The position numbers and the translations under genes were made by a program. A model generated the notes under the pieces. That model was not told where the DNA came from and made no database searches. It saw only the letters and a program-made list of their open reading frames with translations. A stretch of DNA of 63,088 nucleotides, filler included. It is 6 parts of 6 records of this genome, joined end to end, with 100 filler letters (N's around TTAATTAATTAA, not from the genome) between each part and the next. Parts side by side here need not be neighbours in the genome. Positions count along the whole stretch, not along the records: positions 51,457 to 63,088 come from DRR723986_17066; 5 more parts are not named here. One strand, given 5' to 3'. How positions within the stretch are numbered: the stretch's first letter is position 1; every line of letters starts with the position of its first letter. Of the stretch, positions 53,889 to 63,088 are shown piece by piece.

Positions 53889-53938
53889 CACCCGCGGCCC
53901 GCATTCCCCGCCCAGACGCGCCAATTCTCGATGAATTG

Positions 53939-53967
53939 TTGACACAAAAGGGGAACATCCCTAGAAC
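53939..53967 (+). promoter_or_regulatory. lexA promoter with alphaproteobacterial SOS box
   Basis: TTGACA (53939)-N17-TAGAAC; GAAC-N7-GAAC at 53953-53967 overlaps the -10. Confidence 0.9.
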
Positions 53968-53998
53968 AAAACAAAACCGATGTTCGAAGGGACCGCCC

Positions 53999-54700
53999 AT
54001 GTTGACCAAAAAACAACTCGATCTGTTGGCTTTCATCCACAAACGGGTGCAGCGCGATGGCGTTCCGCCCAGCTTTGACGAAATGAAGCTGGCGTTGGAT
54101 CTGCGGTCGAAATCGGGCATTCACCGGTTGATCACAGCCCTTGAAGAACGCGGATTTATCCGGCGTCTGGCGCACCGCGCCCGTGCGATCGAGGTTGTCA
54201 AACTGCCGGAAAGCCTTGGCGGCACACCCAATGCAGGGTTCACGCCCAAGGTTATTGATGGCGACCGGCCCGATGGCCCGCCCCCGGCGGCCGCAATACA
54301 AACCCAGGCTGCCCAGGCGGTTGATTTGCCTGTTATGGGCCGGATTGCGGCGGGTGTACCGATTGAGGCGATCAATCAGATGACCCATTCCGTGGCTGTG
54401 CCCGGCGGTATGCTCGCCGGAAGCGGGCAACACTATGCCCTTGAGGTCAAAGGCGATTCCATGATCGAGGCTGGTATCAATGACGGTGACGTGGTGGTGA
54501 TCCGCGAAACCAACGTGGCCGATGATGGCGACATCGTCGTGGCATTGGTCGAAGACAGCGAAGCCACGCTGAAACGCTTCAAACGTTCCGGCAGCTCCAT
54601 CGCGCTTGAGGCCGCCAATCCGGCCTATGAAACGCGGGTGTTGCCCTCTGACATGGTCAAGGTGCAGGGGCGTTTGGTCGGGTTGATCCGCACCTATTGA
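53999..54700 (+). CDS. lexA: SOS repressor LexA
   Basis: [21 protein letters not shown], cleavage site RIAAG.P, catalytic GDSM and TLKR. Confidence 0.98.
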   Translation: MLTKKQLDLLAFIHKRVQRDGVPPSFDEMKLALDLRSKSGIHRLITALEERGFIRRLAHRARAIEVVKLPESLGGTPNAGFTPKVIDGDRPDGPPPAAAIQTQAAQAVDLPVMGRIAAGVPIEAINQMTHSVAVPGGMLAGSGQHYALEVKGDSMIEAGINDGDVVVIRETNVADDGDIVVALVEDSEATLKRFKRSGSSIALEAANPAYETRVLPSDMVKVQGRLVGLIRTY

Positions 54701-56748
54701 GGATTGCGTTCCGCTTTGGGCCAATTGGTCCAAAGCCGGTCCCCCGCACGGGACCGCGCGGTTGTAATGTGCCAGTCCTGCACCCCCTTGCGCAGGGCCA
54801 ATGCTCCGGTTTCCCGCAATGAAGCAGGGTCAAAGATCAGGCAATCTGCATCCGCGATCTCAGATGCATCCACGGATGCCACGATGATCTGCTGCGCCGA
54901 ACATCCGCTGAACTTCGCCAGCGCCCGCTTGCCCGACAGATGCACCACCGGTCCTTTTTGCCAACGCGCAGCCGCCTTTTCCTGTTGTGATCCGTCCCCG
55001 TCGTTTTCCAGCCAGATCTGCGCCACAAACCCGGCGCCCCTGGCCTTGCTCAACGCACGGGCATTTTGCCCCATGACCCCAACCAAAGTGCCCTGTTCTG
55101 CGATCAACACATCCGGCCGGTCCGCGCCCTGCCACAGGGCCAGCGCCGCCGCCATCATCAGCGCCCCCCCCCAGCGCAGGCGCCCCTGCCACAACACCAA
55201 CATCAAGAAACCCAATGCCAGCACCGGCAGCACCAAAGGCCCCGGCGCCATGACATAGCCACGCGCACCCTCCAACCCCGCCACCTGATGCGCCACCCAA
55301 AGAATCCAGGACAAGCCCCAGCCCATCGGCCAGAGCCCAAACGCCTCAAGCCCGAACGGAGACAGGACCAACGCCACAACCGCCGCCGGGATCACCAAAA
55401 CCCCCATAAGCGGCACCGACAGCAAATTGGCCACCAATCCGTAATGGGCAATGGTATTGAAATGCGCCGCCGCAATCGGCGCAGTGGCAAAGCCCGCCAC
55501 GGCTGATGACAGCACCGTGGCCAGAACCGCCCTGCTCCAACGCGGCATCTGCGGCAGTGGCGCATCACGCAACCAGCCGAAGACTGCGACCAAAGCCACC
55601 GTTGCGGCAAAGGACATCTGGAATCCCGGCCCGGTCAGTGCCTCAGGCCGCAGCAACAAGACAATTGTCGCCGCCACCGCCACCGCCCGCAACGATATCG
55701 CCCGCCGCCCGATCAACAACGCCCCCAGCGCCGTGCCAACCATGATAAAAGCCCGTTCTGTTGCGACATTGCCCCCGGAGAGCGCCAGATAAGCGGCTGC
55801 GGCGACCAATGCACAGATCGCGGCGATCTTTTTGGTAGGCCAATGCAGCGCGGTATAGGGAATCGCGCTTAGCAGGACGCGTAATGCGCCAAGCACCACG
55901 GCGGCGAGCAATCCCATGTGCAGGCCCGAGATCGCCAACAGATGCGCCAGATTGCTGGCCCGCAGATCTTCTAGCGTGCTGCGGGGAATGGCGCTGCGAT
56001 CACCCGTGGTCAGCGCCGCAGCAAAGCCGCCAACCTCTCCGGGCAAAATATTGCGAATATGGGCCGAAATCGTCATGCGCATACGAAAGAGCAGCAGATC
56101 CAGTTGCCCGCGTTCCGGCCAGCCCGCCCCCATCAACGGCACACGGGTATAGCCAACCGCGCCAAGTTGGGCAAACCACGCATGGCGCTGAAAATCAAAG
56201 CCGTCCGGCTCCACCGGGCCGGATGGCGGCGACAAATGCGCCGTGGTCATCACCCGCAGCCCCGGTTCGGGCGTGATGCCTTGCGTTTTGCCGTGCAGGG
56301 AAATACGGACCCGCGCGGGCGTGCGGTCTGGCGGTACCCGCTCCAACTGCACCTGATCCAGCGTCAGGCGCAGCGCGTCTGACTGGCTGCGATCCATCGC
56401 GACGATCCGCCCCTCCACCGCGCCGTAATAACGCCAGCCCAAAACCGGGTTGGACAGGCTGTGCGCCCGCAGACCCGCAACGGAAAATCCGGCCACAATC
56501 AGCGCCGCCGCAATGGCAAGCGGCGCCAATGCTTCGGACAGGAATGCCGCCAAAACGGCCAAGCCGACCACGCCAAGCAGCAAGATAGGGTAGACCACCA
56601 ATGCAGGTTCAAATCGCAGGCTGAAATAACCGCCAATGCCGATGGCAAGGCAGACCGGCACCCAGCCCAGCATCATGCCCCGTTGCGCCAGCATCATCTG
56701 GCTCAGGGCCGATTTTACCCAAATGGACAGCGCCGCAGCCCGCCCCAT
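54694..56748 (-). CDS. comEC: ComEC/Rec2 competence protein
   Basis: [41 protein letters not shown]; start uncertain. Confidence 0.93.
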   Translation of the reverse strand: MGRAAALSIWVKSALSQMMLAQRGMMLGWVPVCLAIGIGGYFSLRFEPALVVYPILLLGVVGLAVLAAFLSEALAPLAIAAALIVAGFSVAGLRAHSLSNPVLGWRYYGAVEGRIVAMDRSQSDALRLTLDQVQLERVPPDRTPARVRISLHGKTQGITPEPGLRVMTTAHLSPPSGPVEPDGFDFQRHAWFAQLGAVGYTRVPLMGAGWPERGQLDLLLFRMRMTISAHIRNILPGEVGGFAAALTTGDRSAIPRSTLEDLRASNLAHLLAISGLHMGLLAAVVLGALRVLLSAIPYTALHWPTKKIAAICALVAAAAYLALSGGNVATERAFIMVGTALGALLIGRRAISLRAVAVAATIVLLLRPEALTGPGFQMSFAATVALVAVFGWLRDAPLPQMPRWSRAVLATVLSSAVAGFATAPIAAAHFNTIAHYGLVANLLSVPLMGVLVIPAAVVALVLSPFGLEAFGLWPMGWGLSWILWVAHQVAGLEGARGYVMAPGPLVLPVLALGFLMLVLWQGRLRWGGALMMAAALALWQGADRPDVLIAEQGTLVGVMGQNARALSKARGAGFVAQIWLENDGDGSQQEKAAARWQKGPVVHLSGKRALAKFSGCSAQQIIVASVDASEIADADCLIFDPASLRETGALALRKGVQDWHITTARSRAGDRLWTNWPKAERNPQ

Positions 56749-56803
56749 GCTTGCCCCCGTTCCCCGCACTGGATAGACAGGCGGGAAATCTACGGCGCAG
56801 ATG

Positions 56804-56819
56804 GTTAGCAAATGGTAAA
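56804..56819 (-). promoter_or_regulatory. Possible CtrA box upstream of comEC
   Basis: Minus strand TTTA-CCATTTG-CTAAC, 7/9 match to TTAA-N7-TTAAC. Confidence 0.5.
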
Positions 56820-56872
56820 TACCTTTGGCTCCCGCCACCGCGCCGGCTTATCCAGTTAAGAAAGACACTGTC

Positions 56873-58273
56873 ATGTCCGCACCTGTTGTGACCCGTTTTG
56901 CCCCGTCCCCCACCGGCTTTTTGCACATCGGGGGGGCGCGTACGGCCCTGTTCAACTGGCTTTATGCCCGCGGCCGGGGCGGCAAGTTCCTGTTGCGGAT
57001 CGAAGACACGGATCGGGCGCGCTCAACCCCCGAGGCAACTGCCGCCATTTTGCGGGGCATGGCATGGCTGGGCCTGGATCATGACGGCGACATCGTCAGC
57101 CAGTTTGACAACGCCCCGCGTCATGCCGAAGTGGCGCTGGATCTGCTGGCGCAGGGCAAGGCTTACAAATGTTTTGCCACGCAAGACGAGATCACCGCCT
57201 TCCGCGAGGCCGCCCGTGCCGAGGGGCGCAGCACTCTTTTTCATTCGCCATGGCGTGATGCCGCCCCCGACACCCACCCCGATGCGCCCTATGTCGTGCG
57301 GATCAAAGCGCCGCAAACCGGCGAAACCGTGATCCGCGACAAGGTGCAGGGCGATGTGACCATCCGTAACGATCAACTCGATGACATGGTGTTGTTACGC
57401 TCTGACGGTACGCCGGTTTATATGCTGGCTGTGGTGGTGGATGATCATGATATGGGCGTGACACATGTGGTGCGGGGCGATGACCACCTCAACAATGCCG
57501 CGCGGCAGATGATGATCTACAATGCGATGGGCTGGGACGTGCCTGTCTGGGCGCATATTCCCCTGATTCACGGGCCGGATGGCAAGAAACTGTCGAAACG
57601 TCACGGCGCATTGGGCGCGCAGGAATATCAGGCCATGGGCTATCCTGCCGCCGGGATGCGCAATTATCTGGCCCGTCTGGGCTGGAGCCATGGTGATGAC
57701 GAGTTTTTCACAGATGCGCAGGCGCAGGAGTGGTTTGATCTGAGCGGCATCCGCAAAAGCCCCGCGCAGTTTGATCTCAAGAAACTTGAGAACATCTGCG
57801 GGCAACATATTGCGGTGACGGATGATGCTGCGCTGCGGCGTGAAACCGAAGAATATTTGCAAGCCGCAGGCGAACCGGCGTTTTCTGCCGCACAGTCATC
57901 CGCTTTTGAAGCTGCGCTTTATTGTCTCAAGGAGCGGGCCAAGACTTTCCCGGAACTTGTTGAAAAGGCACACTTTGCCCTCGCGTCCCGCCCGATTGAG
58001 CCGGATGAGAAAGCGGCAAAAAACCTTGATACGGTATCCCGTGGTATACTGACGGAATTGACGCCGCATCTGCAAAATGCTAGCTGGGACAGAGAAACGC
58101 TGGAAGAGGTTCTGAACGGCTTTGCCGCCGCGAAAGACACCAAGTTTGGCAAGTTGGCTGGGCCGCTCCGCGCGGCCCTTGCTGGACGGGCTGTCACACC
58201 ATCTGTCTTTGACATGATGCTTGTGTTGGGACGTGACGAAACCCTGGCCCGATTGACCGAGGCCTCTGCCTGA
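56873..58273 (+). CDS. gltX: Glutamate--tRNA ligase
   Basis: [35 protein letters not shown]. Confidence 0.98.
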   Translation: MSAPVVTRFAPSPTGFLHIGGARTALFNWLYARGRGGKFLLRIEDTDRARSTPEATAAILRGMAWLGLDHDGDIVSQFDNAPRHAEVALDLLAQGKAYKCFATQDEITAFREAARAEGRSTLFHSPWRDAAPDTHPDAPYVVRIKAPQTGETVIRDKVQGDVTIRNDQLDDMVLLRSDGTPVYMLAVVVDDHDMGVTHVVRGDDHLNNAARQMMIYNAMGWDVPVWAHIPLIHGPDGKKLSKRHGALGAQEYQAMGYPAAGMRNYLARLGWSHGDDEFFTDAQAQEWFDLSGIRKSPAQFDLKKLENICGQHIAVTDDAALRRETEEYLQAAGEPAFSAAQSSAFEAALYCLKERAKTFPELVEKAHFALASRPIEPDEKAAKNLDTVSRGILTELTPHLQNASWDRETLEEVLNGFAAAKDTKFGKLAGPLRAALAGRAVTPSVFDMMLVLGRDETLARLTEASA

Positions 58274-58386
58274 GAACTGGTTAACCGTTTCTCAAGGCGG
58301 GACGGGATAACAGACAAGGCAGCCCTTTGCGGGGCTGACCAAGACGGCGGTCACCTGTACCGCAAAAACATTCGGGAAGGGACCAT

Positions 58387-59682
58387 ATGACTGAAACAAA
58401 GAAATCCGCAACGCTGACAATTGATGGCAAAAGCTACGATCTGCCCATCTTTTCGCCAACGGCTGGTCCTGATGTGCTCGATATTCGCAAGCTTTATGCC
58501 CAAGCGGATGTGTTCACTTACGACCCCGGCTTTACCTCAACCGCGTCTTGCGACAGCACCATCACCTTTATTGATGGCGAAGAAGGCGTTCTGCTGCACC
58601 GTGGCTATCCGATTGATCAACTGGCAGGCAAATCGCATTATCTCGAAGTGTGCTATCTGCTGCTCTATGGTGAGCTGCCCTCCCCCGCAGAGCTGGAAGA
58701 TTTTGAATCGCGTGTGACCAACCACACAATGCTGCACGAACAGATGATGTATCTGTTCCGCGGCTTCCGCCGGGATGCGCATCCAATGGCCATCATGGTT
58801 GGTGTCGTGGGCGCGATGTCCGCGTTCTATCACGACAGTACCGACATCTCTGATCCGTGGCAGCGCGAGGTTGCCTCGATCCGTATGATTGCCAAGATGC
58901 CAACCATTGCCGCGATGGCCTATAAATACACCATCGGTCAGCCATTTGAGTATCCGCGCAACGATCTGGACTATGCGTCCAACTTCCTGCGCATGTGTTT
59001 TGCCGTGCCTGCACAGGACTATGAGGTAAACCCGATCCTGAGCCGCGCGATGGACCGTATCTTTACCCTGCACGCCGATCACGAACAGAACGCGTCAACC
59101 TCGACCGTGCGTTTGGCCTCTTCCTCCGGTGCCAACCCGTTCGCCTGTATCGCAGCGGGCATTGCCTGTCTTTGGGGTCCGGCACATGGCGGCGCCAATC
59201 AGGCCTGCCTTGAGATGCTCAAAGAGATCGGCACGCCTGATCGCATTCCTGAGTTCATCGCCCGCGCCAAAGACAAGAACGATCCGTTCCGTCTGATGGG
59301 CTTTGGTCACCGGGTTTACAAAAACTTCGATCCACGGGCCACCGTGATGAAAGAAAGCGCGGACGAGGTTCTGGAACTGCTGGGTGTTGAAAACAATCCG
59401 GTGCTTCAGGTCGCCAAGGAGCTTGAGCGTCAGGCGCTCGAAGATCCGTATTTCGCGGAAAAGAAACTGTTCCCGAACGTCGATTTCTATTCCGGCATCA
59501 TTCTGGAGGCCATGGGCTTCCCCACATCAATGTTCACCCCGATCTTTGCTTTGTCGCGGACCGTGGGCTGGATTTCGCAGTGGAAAGAGATGATCGGCGA
59601 TCCGCAAAACAAGATCGGCCGTCCACGCCAGCTTTATCTCGGCGAGACCAGCCGCGACTATGTGGATATCGAAAACCGCTAA
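58387..59682 (+). CDS. gltA: Citrate synthase (type II)
   Basis: [43 protein letters not shown]. Confidence 0.99.
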   Translation: MTETKKSATLTIDGKSYDLPIFSPTAGPDVLDIRKLYAQADVFTYDPGFTSTASCDSTITFIDGEEGVLLHRGYPIDQLAGKSHYLEVCYLLLYGELPSPAELEDFESRVTNHTMLHEQMMYLFRGFRRDAHPMAIMVGVVGAMSAFYHDSTDISDPWQREVASIRMIAKMPTIAAMAYKYTIGQPFEYPRNDLDYASNFLRMCFAVPAQDYEVNPILSRAMDRIFTLHADHEQNASTSTVRLASSSGANPFACIAAGIACLWGPAHGGANQACLEMLKEIGTPDRIPEFIARAKDKNDPFRLMGFGHRVYKNFDPRATVMKESADEVLELLGVENNPVLQVAKELERQALEDPYFAEKKLFPNVDFYSGIILEAMGFPTSMFTPIFALSRTVGWISQWKEMIGDPQNKIGRPRQLYLGETSRDYVDIENR

Positions 59683-59706
59683 GCTTGCGATCAAGCCCGA
59701 AACAAC

Positions 59707-59734
59707 AAACGCCCCGGTCATTCCGGGGCGTTTT
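59707..59734 (+). terminator. Rho-independent terminator after gltA
   Basis: AAACGCCCCGG-TCATT-CCGGGGCGTTT followed by T. Confidence 0.85.
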
Positions 59735-59991
59735 GCGTTCAACAGGCTGTTTCCGGGCTGGAAACAATGAACCAAAGGCAAGCCTGCCTCGCACTCCCCC
59801 CTAGACTGATAATATGGGCCGCAATACACCCCCAAGCCGAAATTCCGTTTGATTCGTTGACCAAATCAACCGTTTATCTGTCAAACTTCCCCCAGCCAGC
59901 CTGCCGCAAACTGACAGTTTGTCTTGCTTTGGCGCTAAATAAGGCGCCTGTGTGGCATTGTTTCGGGCGCTGTGACAATGCCCTGCCCAAA

Positions 59992-60020
59992 CTTGACCGG
60001 ACGCGCCCCGCGCCCCTATC
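59992..60020 (+). promoter_or_regulatory. Putative RpoD/RpoH-type promoter
   Basis: CTTGAC-N17-CCTATC, 31 bp upstream of ATG 60052. Confidence 0.5.
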
Positions 60021-60051
60021 GTCTTATCAACGGTAATCAGGGTGCTATCCA

Positions 60052-60180
60052 ATGTTTGAAATTCTGGCGACATGCTGCGCCTTGTTGGTGTTAACGGGTA
60101 TCGCGGTCCAGGCGGGCCGTCTTTGGGTCACAGCAGCGGTCTGTGAAAAAGCGCAGAACGCACAAAGGACAAAGCGATGA
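60052..60180 (+). CDS. Small 42-aa hydrophobic protein (below the ORF-track cutoff)
   Basis: MFEILATCCALLVLTGIAVQAGRLWVTAAVCEKAQNAQRTKR; RBS-like AGGGTG; TGA overlaps the next ATG (ATGA). Confidence 0.65.
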   Translation: MFEILATCCALLVLTGIAVQAGRLWVTAAVCEKAQNAQRTKR

Positions 60181-60476
60181 GCAAGACCATGACACATCGC
60201 CATCTGTGCTGGGACAGCGCGGCCAATATGATGCCCGTTGCCGCCGCAACTGAGCCCTGCCCGCAAGGGGTGCTGGTGCCCAATACCCAGGAAAACCATG
60301 ACCAGATTGCCGTGGTTTACGACAAGGGAAATCCGCCGCCAGAGATTACCATCAAAGAGATTTCAGGCACGGTGCACACGGTCTTGGCTGATGGCGTGGC
60401 CGTGGCTGTTGTGGCGCGGGCCACCGGCCCTGCACCACGTGTAGATGAGGTTCTTTTGGTTGAGCGGAGCCTGTAA
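60177..60476 (+). CDS. Hypothetical 99-aa protein
   Basis: ATG with RBS AAGGA; fills the gap before the convergent enoyl-CoA hydratase gene. Confidence 0.7.
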   Translation: MSKTMTHRHLCWDSAANMMPVAAATEPCPQGVLVPNTQENHDQIAVVYDKGNPPPEITIKEISGTVHTVLADGVAVAVVARATGPAPRVDEVLLVERSL

Positions 60477-60510
60477 CAGGCGCCGCAACCGCCGACCCAT
60501 TCAAAGCGGA

Positions 60511-61287
60511 TCAGCGGCCCTCGAACTTGGCCGCGCGTTTTTCGGTAAAGGCCAGAACACCTTCTTTGAAGTCACGCGATTTGCCGCAAACACCCTGTTG
60601 CTGCGCCTCCAGCGTCAGCTGTTCTTCCAACGTGTTGTCCCAGCTGGCACGGATCACCTCTTTGGCCGCCTGATAGGCCGCTGTTGGCCCTGCGCCCAGT
60701 TGCGCCGCCTTGCCGCGCCAATGGGCGTCAAAATCGGCATCCGGCACCGCCTCCCAGATCATGCCCCAATCATCGGCCTGACGGGCCGAGATCTTGTCGG
60801 CAAACAGTGCCGCGCCCATCGCCTTGGCCATGCCCATCTGACGCGGCAACGTATAGGTGCCGCCCGCGTCCGGGATCAGACCAATCCGGGTGAAGGCCTG
60901 TAGGAAATAGGCAGATTCCGTTGCAAAAACCACATCCGCTGCCAGCGCGAGATTTGCCCCTGCCCCCGCCGCCGCACCGTTTACGGCCGCAATGGTTGGC
61001 ACCGGACAATTCACAATCGCCCGCAACATCGGCGCATATTCGTCCCGCAAAGTGCGCTCCAGATCAACCGAAGCACCGGATGCACGATCCCCCAGATCCT
61101 GACCGGAACAAAACGCCCGACCAGATCCGGTGATGACAACCACACGGGCATCCTTGCCGCCTTGGGTAACCGCATGGGCAATCTCGGCACGCATCTGGGT
61201 GGTAAGCGCGTTCATCTTGTCGGGCCGGTTCATCGTGATCAGGGCCACGTTGTCCGAAACGTCATAGGTGATCGTTTGATAGTCCAT
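60511..61287 (-). CDS. Enoyl-CoA hydratase/isomerase (PaaG-like)
   Basis: MNRPDKMNAL, GRAFCSGQDL, AAVNGAAAGAG, IGLIPDAGG, DFKEGV.AF.EKR. Confidence 0.93.
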   Translation of the reverse strand: MDYQTITYDVSDNVALITMNRPDKMNALTTQMRAEIAHAVTQGGKDARVVVITGSGRAFCSGQDLGDRASGASVDLERTLRDEYAPMLRAIVNCPVPTIAAVNGAAAGAGANLALAADVVFATESAYFLQAFTRIGLIPDAGGTYTLPRQMGMAKAMGAALFADKISARQADDWGMIWEAVPDADFDAHWRGKAAQLGAGPTAAYQAAKEVIRASWDNTLEEQLTLEAQQQGVCGKSRDFKEGVLAFTEKRAAKFEGR

Positions 61288-61360
61288 TTTGTCAGTCCTT
61301 GATTGCCGGCATTTGGCGCAGGTTATCAAAGCCAGCGGGAGGGACCAGCGAAACCGCGCG

Positions 61361-61813
61361 TTACTTTTTCAAAATGTCGTCCAGCCGCGCCTGTTCTTCG
61401 GCAGAAAGCGGAGTGTCACCGGGCGCCGCCGCTTTGGACCGGCCGCGCAGGTAGATCATCCCCGCACCGCCCGCAAGCAACAGCATCAAAGGCCCCGCCC
61501 CCCAAAGCAGCCAATTGGCCCCGGAATTGTCCGGTTTCAGCAGAACATATTCGCCATAACGGTCCACAATAAACGCCACCGCTTCGGCGTCGGTATCGCC
61601 CGCCAACAGCCGATCCCGCACCAGAATCCGCAAATCCCGTGCAAGGCTGGCGTTGCTCTCGTCGATGCTTTCATTGCGGCACACCAAACAGCGCAGGCCT
61701 TTGGACAGCTCCCGCGCACGGGCCTCCAGCGCCGGATCTTCCAAGACTTCATCCGGTTGCACCGCGGCCAGCGGGCTTGCCAGCAGCATCAGGATCAGGG
61801 CGATACGTTTCAT
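61361..61813 (-). CDS. ccmH: Cytochrome c biogenesis protein CcmH (CycL/Ccl2)
   Basis: [26 protein letters not shown]-terminal TM. Confidence 0.95.
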   Translation of the reverse strand: MKRIALILMLLASPLAAVQPDEVLEDPALEARARELSKGLRCLVCRNESIDESNASLARDLRILVRDRLLAGDTDAEAVAFIVDRYGEYVLLKPDNSGANWLLWGAGPLMLLLAGGAGMIYLRGRSKAAAPGDTPLSAEEQARLDDILKK

Positions 61814-63088
61814 TCGGCAGGCACCGCGCTGAACTTGCGGGCGCCGGCGGCCACGCGGAAACGCCTGTCAGACAGGCTCAGCAATCCACCAAGTGCCATC
61901 AGGGCACAGCCGATCCAGATCCAGTTGGTCATCGGCTTGATATAGGTGCGCACGGTCCAGCCGCCGCCCGCCTGCTGATCGCCAATCACCACGTAAACAT
62001 CCCGCAACAGGTTGTAATCAATCGCAGCTTCGGTGGTTGGCATCTGCGCCACTGGATAAAAGCGTTTCTCAGGCGTCATCTGCGCAATCTCCGATCCGTC
62101 TTTGGACAGGGTCACAAAGCCAGTGGTCGACAGATAATTCGGCCCGCGCATTTCCTGCACATCCGTCAGCGTCAGGGTGTAGCTGCCCACATCAAACGGC
62201 TGTCCGATTTGCGCCACGCGAATATCGTCCACCGTCCAGGCCGTCAGACCGGCGATGCCCGCCATCGTCACGCCCAGCCCGCCATGGGCCACCGCCTTGC
62301 CCCAATCGGCACGCGGCAGCCGGCGCAACCGGCCCAGCCTGTTATCCCCCCGCCCGGTCCGCTGCAACAGTTCAACCACGGTGCCAGAGACCAGCCAAGC
62401 GCCAAGGAACAGGCCCATCGGCCCCAACATGCTGCGCCCGGTTTGCATCACAAATGCCAGCCCCCCAACAGCCAAAGCCAGCACAAAGACATAGCGCAGT
62501 GGCCACATCGCACGGGTTATGCGCGCCCGTTTCCACGGCAACACACTGCCCACTGGCAGGATCAGCCCAAGCGCAACCATAAAGGGGGTGAAAGCGGCAT
62601 TAAAGAACGGCGGCCCAACGCTGAGTTTGCGGTCAAAGAACATCTCGGCCAGCAGTGGCCACATCGTGCCAACAAAGACCACAAAACAGGCCACGGCGAG
62701 CAACAGGTTATTCACCACCAGCGCAGATTCGCGGCTGACCAAACCAAAAACGCCTTTGGCCTCCATCGCACCGGCCCGCAAGGTGAACAGCACCAGTGCC
62801 CCGCCCATAAAGAACGCCATGATCGCAAGGATAAACACCCCGCGTTCAGGATCATTGGCAAAGGCATGGACGGAGGTCAGCAAGCCTGAGCGGACAATAA
62901 ACGTACCGATCAAGGAAAAGCCAAACGCCAGAATGGCCAACAGAATGGTCCAGCTTTTCAGGCTTTCGCGTTTTTCCACCACGATCGCCGAATGCAACAG
63001 CGCCGCCGCCAGGAGCCATGGCATAAAGCTGGCGTTTTCAACAGGATCCCAGAACCAGAAACCGCCCCAGCCCAGCTCGTAATAGGCC
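61810..63088 (-). CDS. ccmF: Heme lyase CcmF (5' truncated)
   Basis: [24 protein letters not shown] (WWD domain), [24 protein letters not shown]. Confidence 0.97.
   Translation of the reverse strand, partial: AYYELGWGGFWFWDPVENASFMPWLLAAALLHSAIVVEKRESLKSWTILLAILAFGFSLIGTFIVRSGLLTSVHAFANDPERGVFILAIMAFFMGGALVLFTLRAGAMEAKGVFGLVSRESALVVNNLLLAVACFVVFVGTMWPLLAEMFFDRKLSVGPPFFNAAFTPFMVALGLILPVGSVLPWKRARITRAMWPLRYVFVLALAVGGLAFVMQTGRSMLGPMGLFLGAWLVSGTVVELLQRTGRGDNRLGRLRRLPRADWGKAVAHGGLGVTMAGIAGLTAWTVDDIRVAQIGQPFDVGSYTLTLTDVQEMRGPNYLSTTGFVTLSKDGSEIAQMTPEKRFYPVAQMPTTEAAIDYNLLRDVYVVIGDQQAGGGWTVRTYIKPMTNWIWIGCALMALGGLLSLSDRRFRVAAGARKFSAVPAE

Noticed and set aside
51458..59682. trpC-moaC-moeA-lexA-comEC-gltX-gltA as a functional system
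   Set aside because: Ordinary conserved alphaproteobacterial core synteny.

Overview
This window is not one locus. It is six unrelated contigs joined by five artificial 100-bp spacers (44 N + TTAATTAATTAA + 44 N), so nothing can be inferred across spacers. All product calls come from motifs I recognise in the translations, not from database searches. (1) 1-8525, probably FCB group/Kapabacteria-like: a giant SBBP / choice-of-anchor-D / T9SS-type surface protein and a beta-barrel-OmpA protein, with a strong excess of TTAAC/GTTAAC. (2) 8626-14912, Rhodobacteraceae-like: VWA gene, tRNA-Leu(CAA), then narR <> usp-narK1-narK2-narG' with two FNR-type boxes. (3) 15013-26101, alphaproteobacterial accessory DNA: Sfp-type PPTase, a dead IS6, a 7-gene Ni/Co/Zn/Cd operon (His-rich protein, czcCBA-like, HupE/UreJ, uncharacterised anchored protein, NreB-like MFS), four degenerate 30-bp palindromic units and an IS3 end. 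(4) 26202-31526, Rhodobacteraceae-like urate catabolism (puuE-uraD fusion, uraH, LysR, puuD), then a single-domain globin and rpe. (5) 31627-51356, planctomycete-like: YtrA/GntR-ABC operon with a recognisable operator, DMT, FG-GAP, PhyH, sulfatase, O-methyltransferase and a CDP-sugar tailoring cassette containing a DUF4910-aminotransferase fusion. (6) 51457-63088, Rhodobacteraceae core genes (trpC, moaC, moeA, lexA, comEC, gltX, gltA, enoyl-CoA hydratase, ccmH, ccmF) plus an unannotated 42-aa membrane ORF. No CRISPR array, rRNA, integrase or phage gene was seen. Best leads: the DUF4910-aminotransferase fusion and its cassette, the HupE + anchored-protein module inside a metal-efflux operon, the 30-bp array, the puuD-globin pairing and the TTAAC excess. 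None is proven novel from sequence alone.
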